Shown here one piece after another: positions 62,446-64,000 of a DNA stretch of 64,000 bases (within the stretch, counting starts at the first letter, position 1; every line of letters begins with the position of its first letter). The notes under the pieces were generated by a model that searched no databases, was not told the DNA's origin, and worked only from the letters and a program-made list of their open reading frames with translations. The stretch lies in contig OZ024742.1 in the NCBI GenBank assembly GCA_964016885.1, positions 198,586,001-198,650,000 on the forward strand. The letters are read 5' to 3'. A program made the translations under genes and the position numbers. Source of the stretch: Eledone cirrhosa. Taxonomy: Eukaryota.

Positions 62446-64000
62446 TATGTTAGAAAAGGCATCCACCAATAAAACCCATGCCAAATATGGAACATGTGAA
62501 CAAACTGAGATCGGTTTGACCTATCTAGTCTCAGACCATGACAATCTGTCCAAACCATGTCAACATAGAAGACAGACATAAAATGGCGATACTTTAGAAA
62601 AGGTACACCATATCCATGTGTATAAGCATATTGTATGAACCTATAACTCCTAATGGAATTGTAGAGGTGCCGTAATAACATATAGCATTTCTTGGGTATC
62701 TTTATAACCTTATGGAGTCCATCTCCTTTCCAGGTCTGAACACAGCTAATTTCTTCCAGAGAAAGATGAGAGAGAGAGAGCGAAAGGAAGTGAAAAAGAA
62801 ATATAGAGAAAGAATTAACCCCAGTTCTTGAGTGGTATTTTTTTTTTTTATTATCAACCACGAAAGGATGAAAGGAAAAGTTAACCTCAACAGGATTTGA
62901 ACAGAGAGTTCGAACAAATGCTGCAACCAATTTTGTTGCAGTATTTTGCACATTCTAATACACACAGGAGGCAGTGAATTGGTAGTGCTGTTAGAATGTC
63001 AGATAGAGTATTCATTCCAAATGGGTTGGCACCAGGAACAGCACTCATCTGTAAATCATTACATCAAGAAGAACAAGTATGAATCTTGCCATGGAGCCCA
63101 TCCTGGCTTTAGTAGGGAGAATGGCTTATGGCTTTAAAATGCTTGTTATATTTAGAATGTCAGCTTACTATGTGTTTAAAATTTGACTAGATCCACCATA
63201 TTCTTGTGTGTTGTAAAAGGCTTCACAAGGGGCCCCTTTTTAAACATGGGCCTGGGTGCTACTTTGCTATGGAAAAAATATGATGGTAATGGCTGGATTA
63301 CAATCAATTATTATGAACTGGATCTATCTGGCCTGAGCTGGAGCATTACTAAATAACAACAAATATTTTCCTCTGCACTAAACAAACAGAATCTGAAGAA
63401 AATACTGACAGTTTGAGTTGACAAAAAGGCTGCAAATTGGTAGAGTTGTTGGAGCAAAGGACAAACTGTCCTGCAGTATTGTGTTGTGAGTTCAAATCCT
63501 ACCAAGGTCAACTTTAACATTCATCCTTTTGGTGTCCAATAAAATAAAATACCAGTCTCAGGTGTGGGATTAATGGAATTGGATCATTGAACAATATGTC
63601 TTGTGATATTTCATTCTAACTTCAAATCCTACTGTAGCTTATTTAGTGATGAATTTAATCTGTTGTCCAGTTTAACACCAACAACTGGTACTTGGGTACC
63701 TTTAGCAAAGTCTACTCTATTGCAAGATTTGAACTAGGACTCCTAGTGGAAGATACCTTGCTCTCTCCTATCAGTTTTGGAGGCTCTAAAGAGGATCACA
63801 ACCACTGGCCTTCTTTTCCTGACTAAACACTAAAAAATGTGTTTATATAAGAGACAAAGTGAAGTATGTTTATGGGTGTACTTCTGTGTGTGTCTATCTC
63901 TGTATATATCTGTGTCTGGATATCTGTGTGTATATGTGGGTATGTATCTGTATGTGTGTGTATGTCTTTGTATGCATGTGTGTGCATGTTTTGTTGTGTG

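Noticed and set aside
62445-62951. 168-aa minus-strand ORF as an upstream ClC exon
   Set aside because: Largely SINE and RTE-tail sequence; no ClC N-terminal motif recognisable.

Overview
AT-rich, microsatellite- and transposon-dense animal DNA; the SINE/LINE repertoire looks like an octopus (coleoid cephalopod) genome, which is an inference. One host gene crosses the window on the minus strand. I could splice 16 GT-AG exons by hand (58582 down to 4182, 1964 nt, phases consistent) into the membrane domain, CBS1 and inter-CBS linker of a ClC-2-like voltage-gated chloride channel (GSGIPE, GKEGP, FSIEV, GVFVP, PSFYD). Its 5' and 3' exons were not found in the window. The introns hold: (i) at least three RTE-clade LINE subfamilies whose reverse transcriptase carries a canonical C4HC3 PHD finger inserted inside the RT domain, most copies sitting in (TA)n; (ii) relics of Penelope-like elements, including a decayed GIY-YIG endonuclease, several hammerhead-ribozyme cores, and short fold-back elements that invert inside the ribozyme; (iii) a Merlin/IS1595-type DNA transposon with about 205-bp TIRs and a 9-bp TSD, with an RTE nested in one TIR; (iv) Helitron-, hAT-, piggyBac- and Tc1/pogo-type non-autonomous elements, CR1-type fragments, many tRNA-derived SINEs, and minisatellites, one built from the RTE 3' UTR. 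All calls come from reading the sequence by eye; no searches were run, and TE boundaries are approximate unless a TSD is given.
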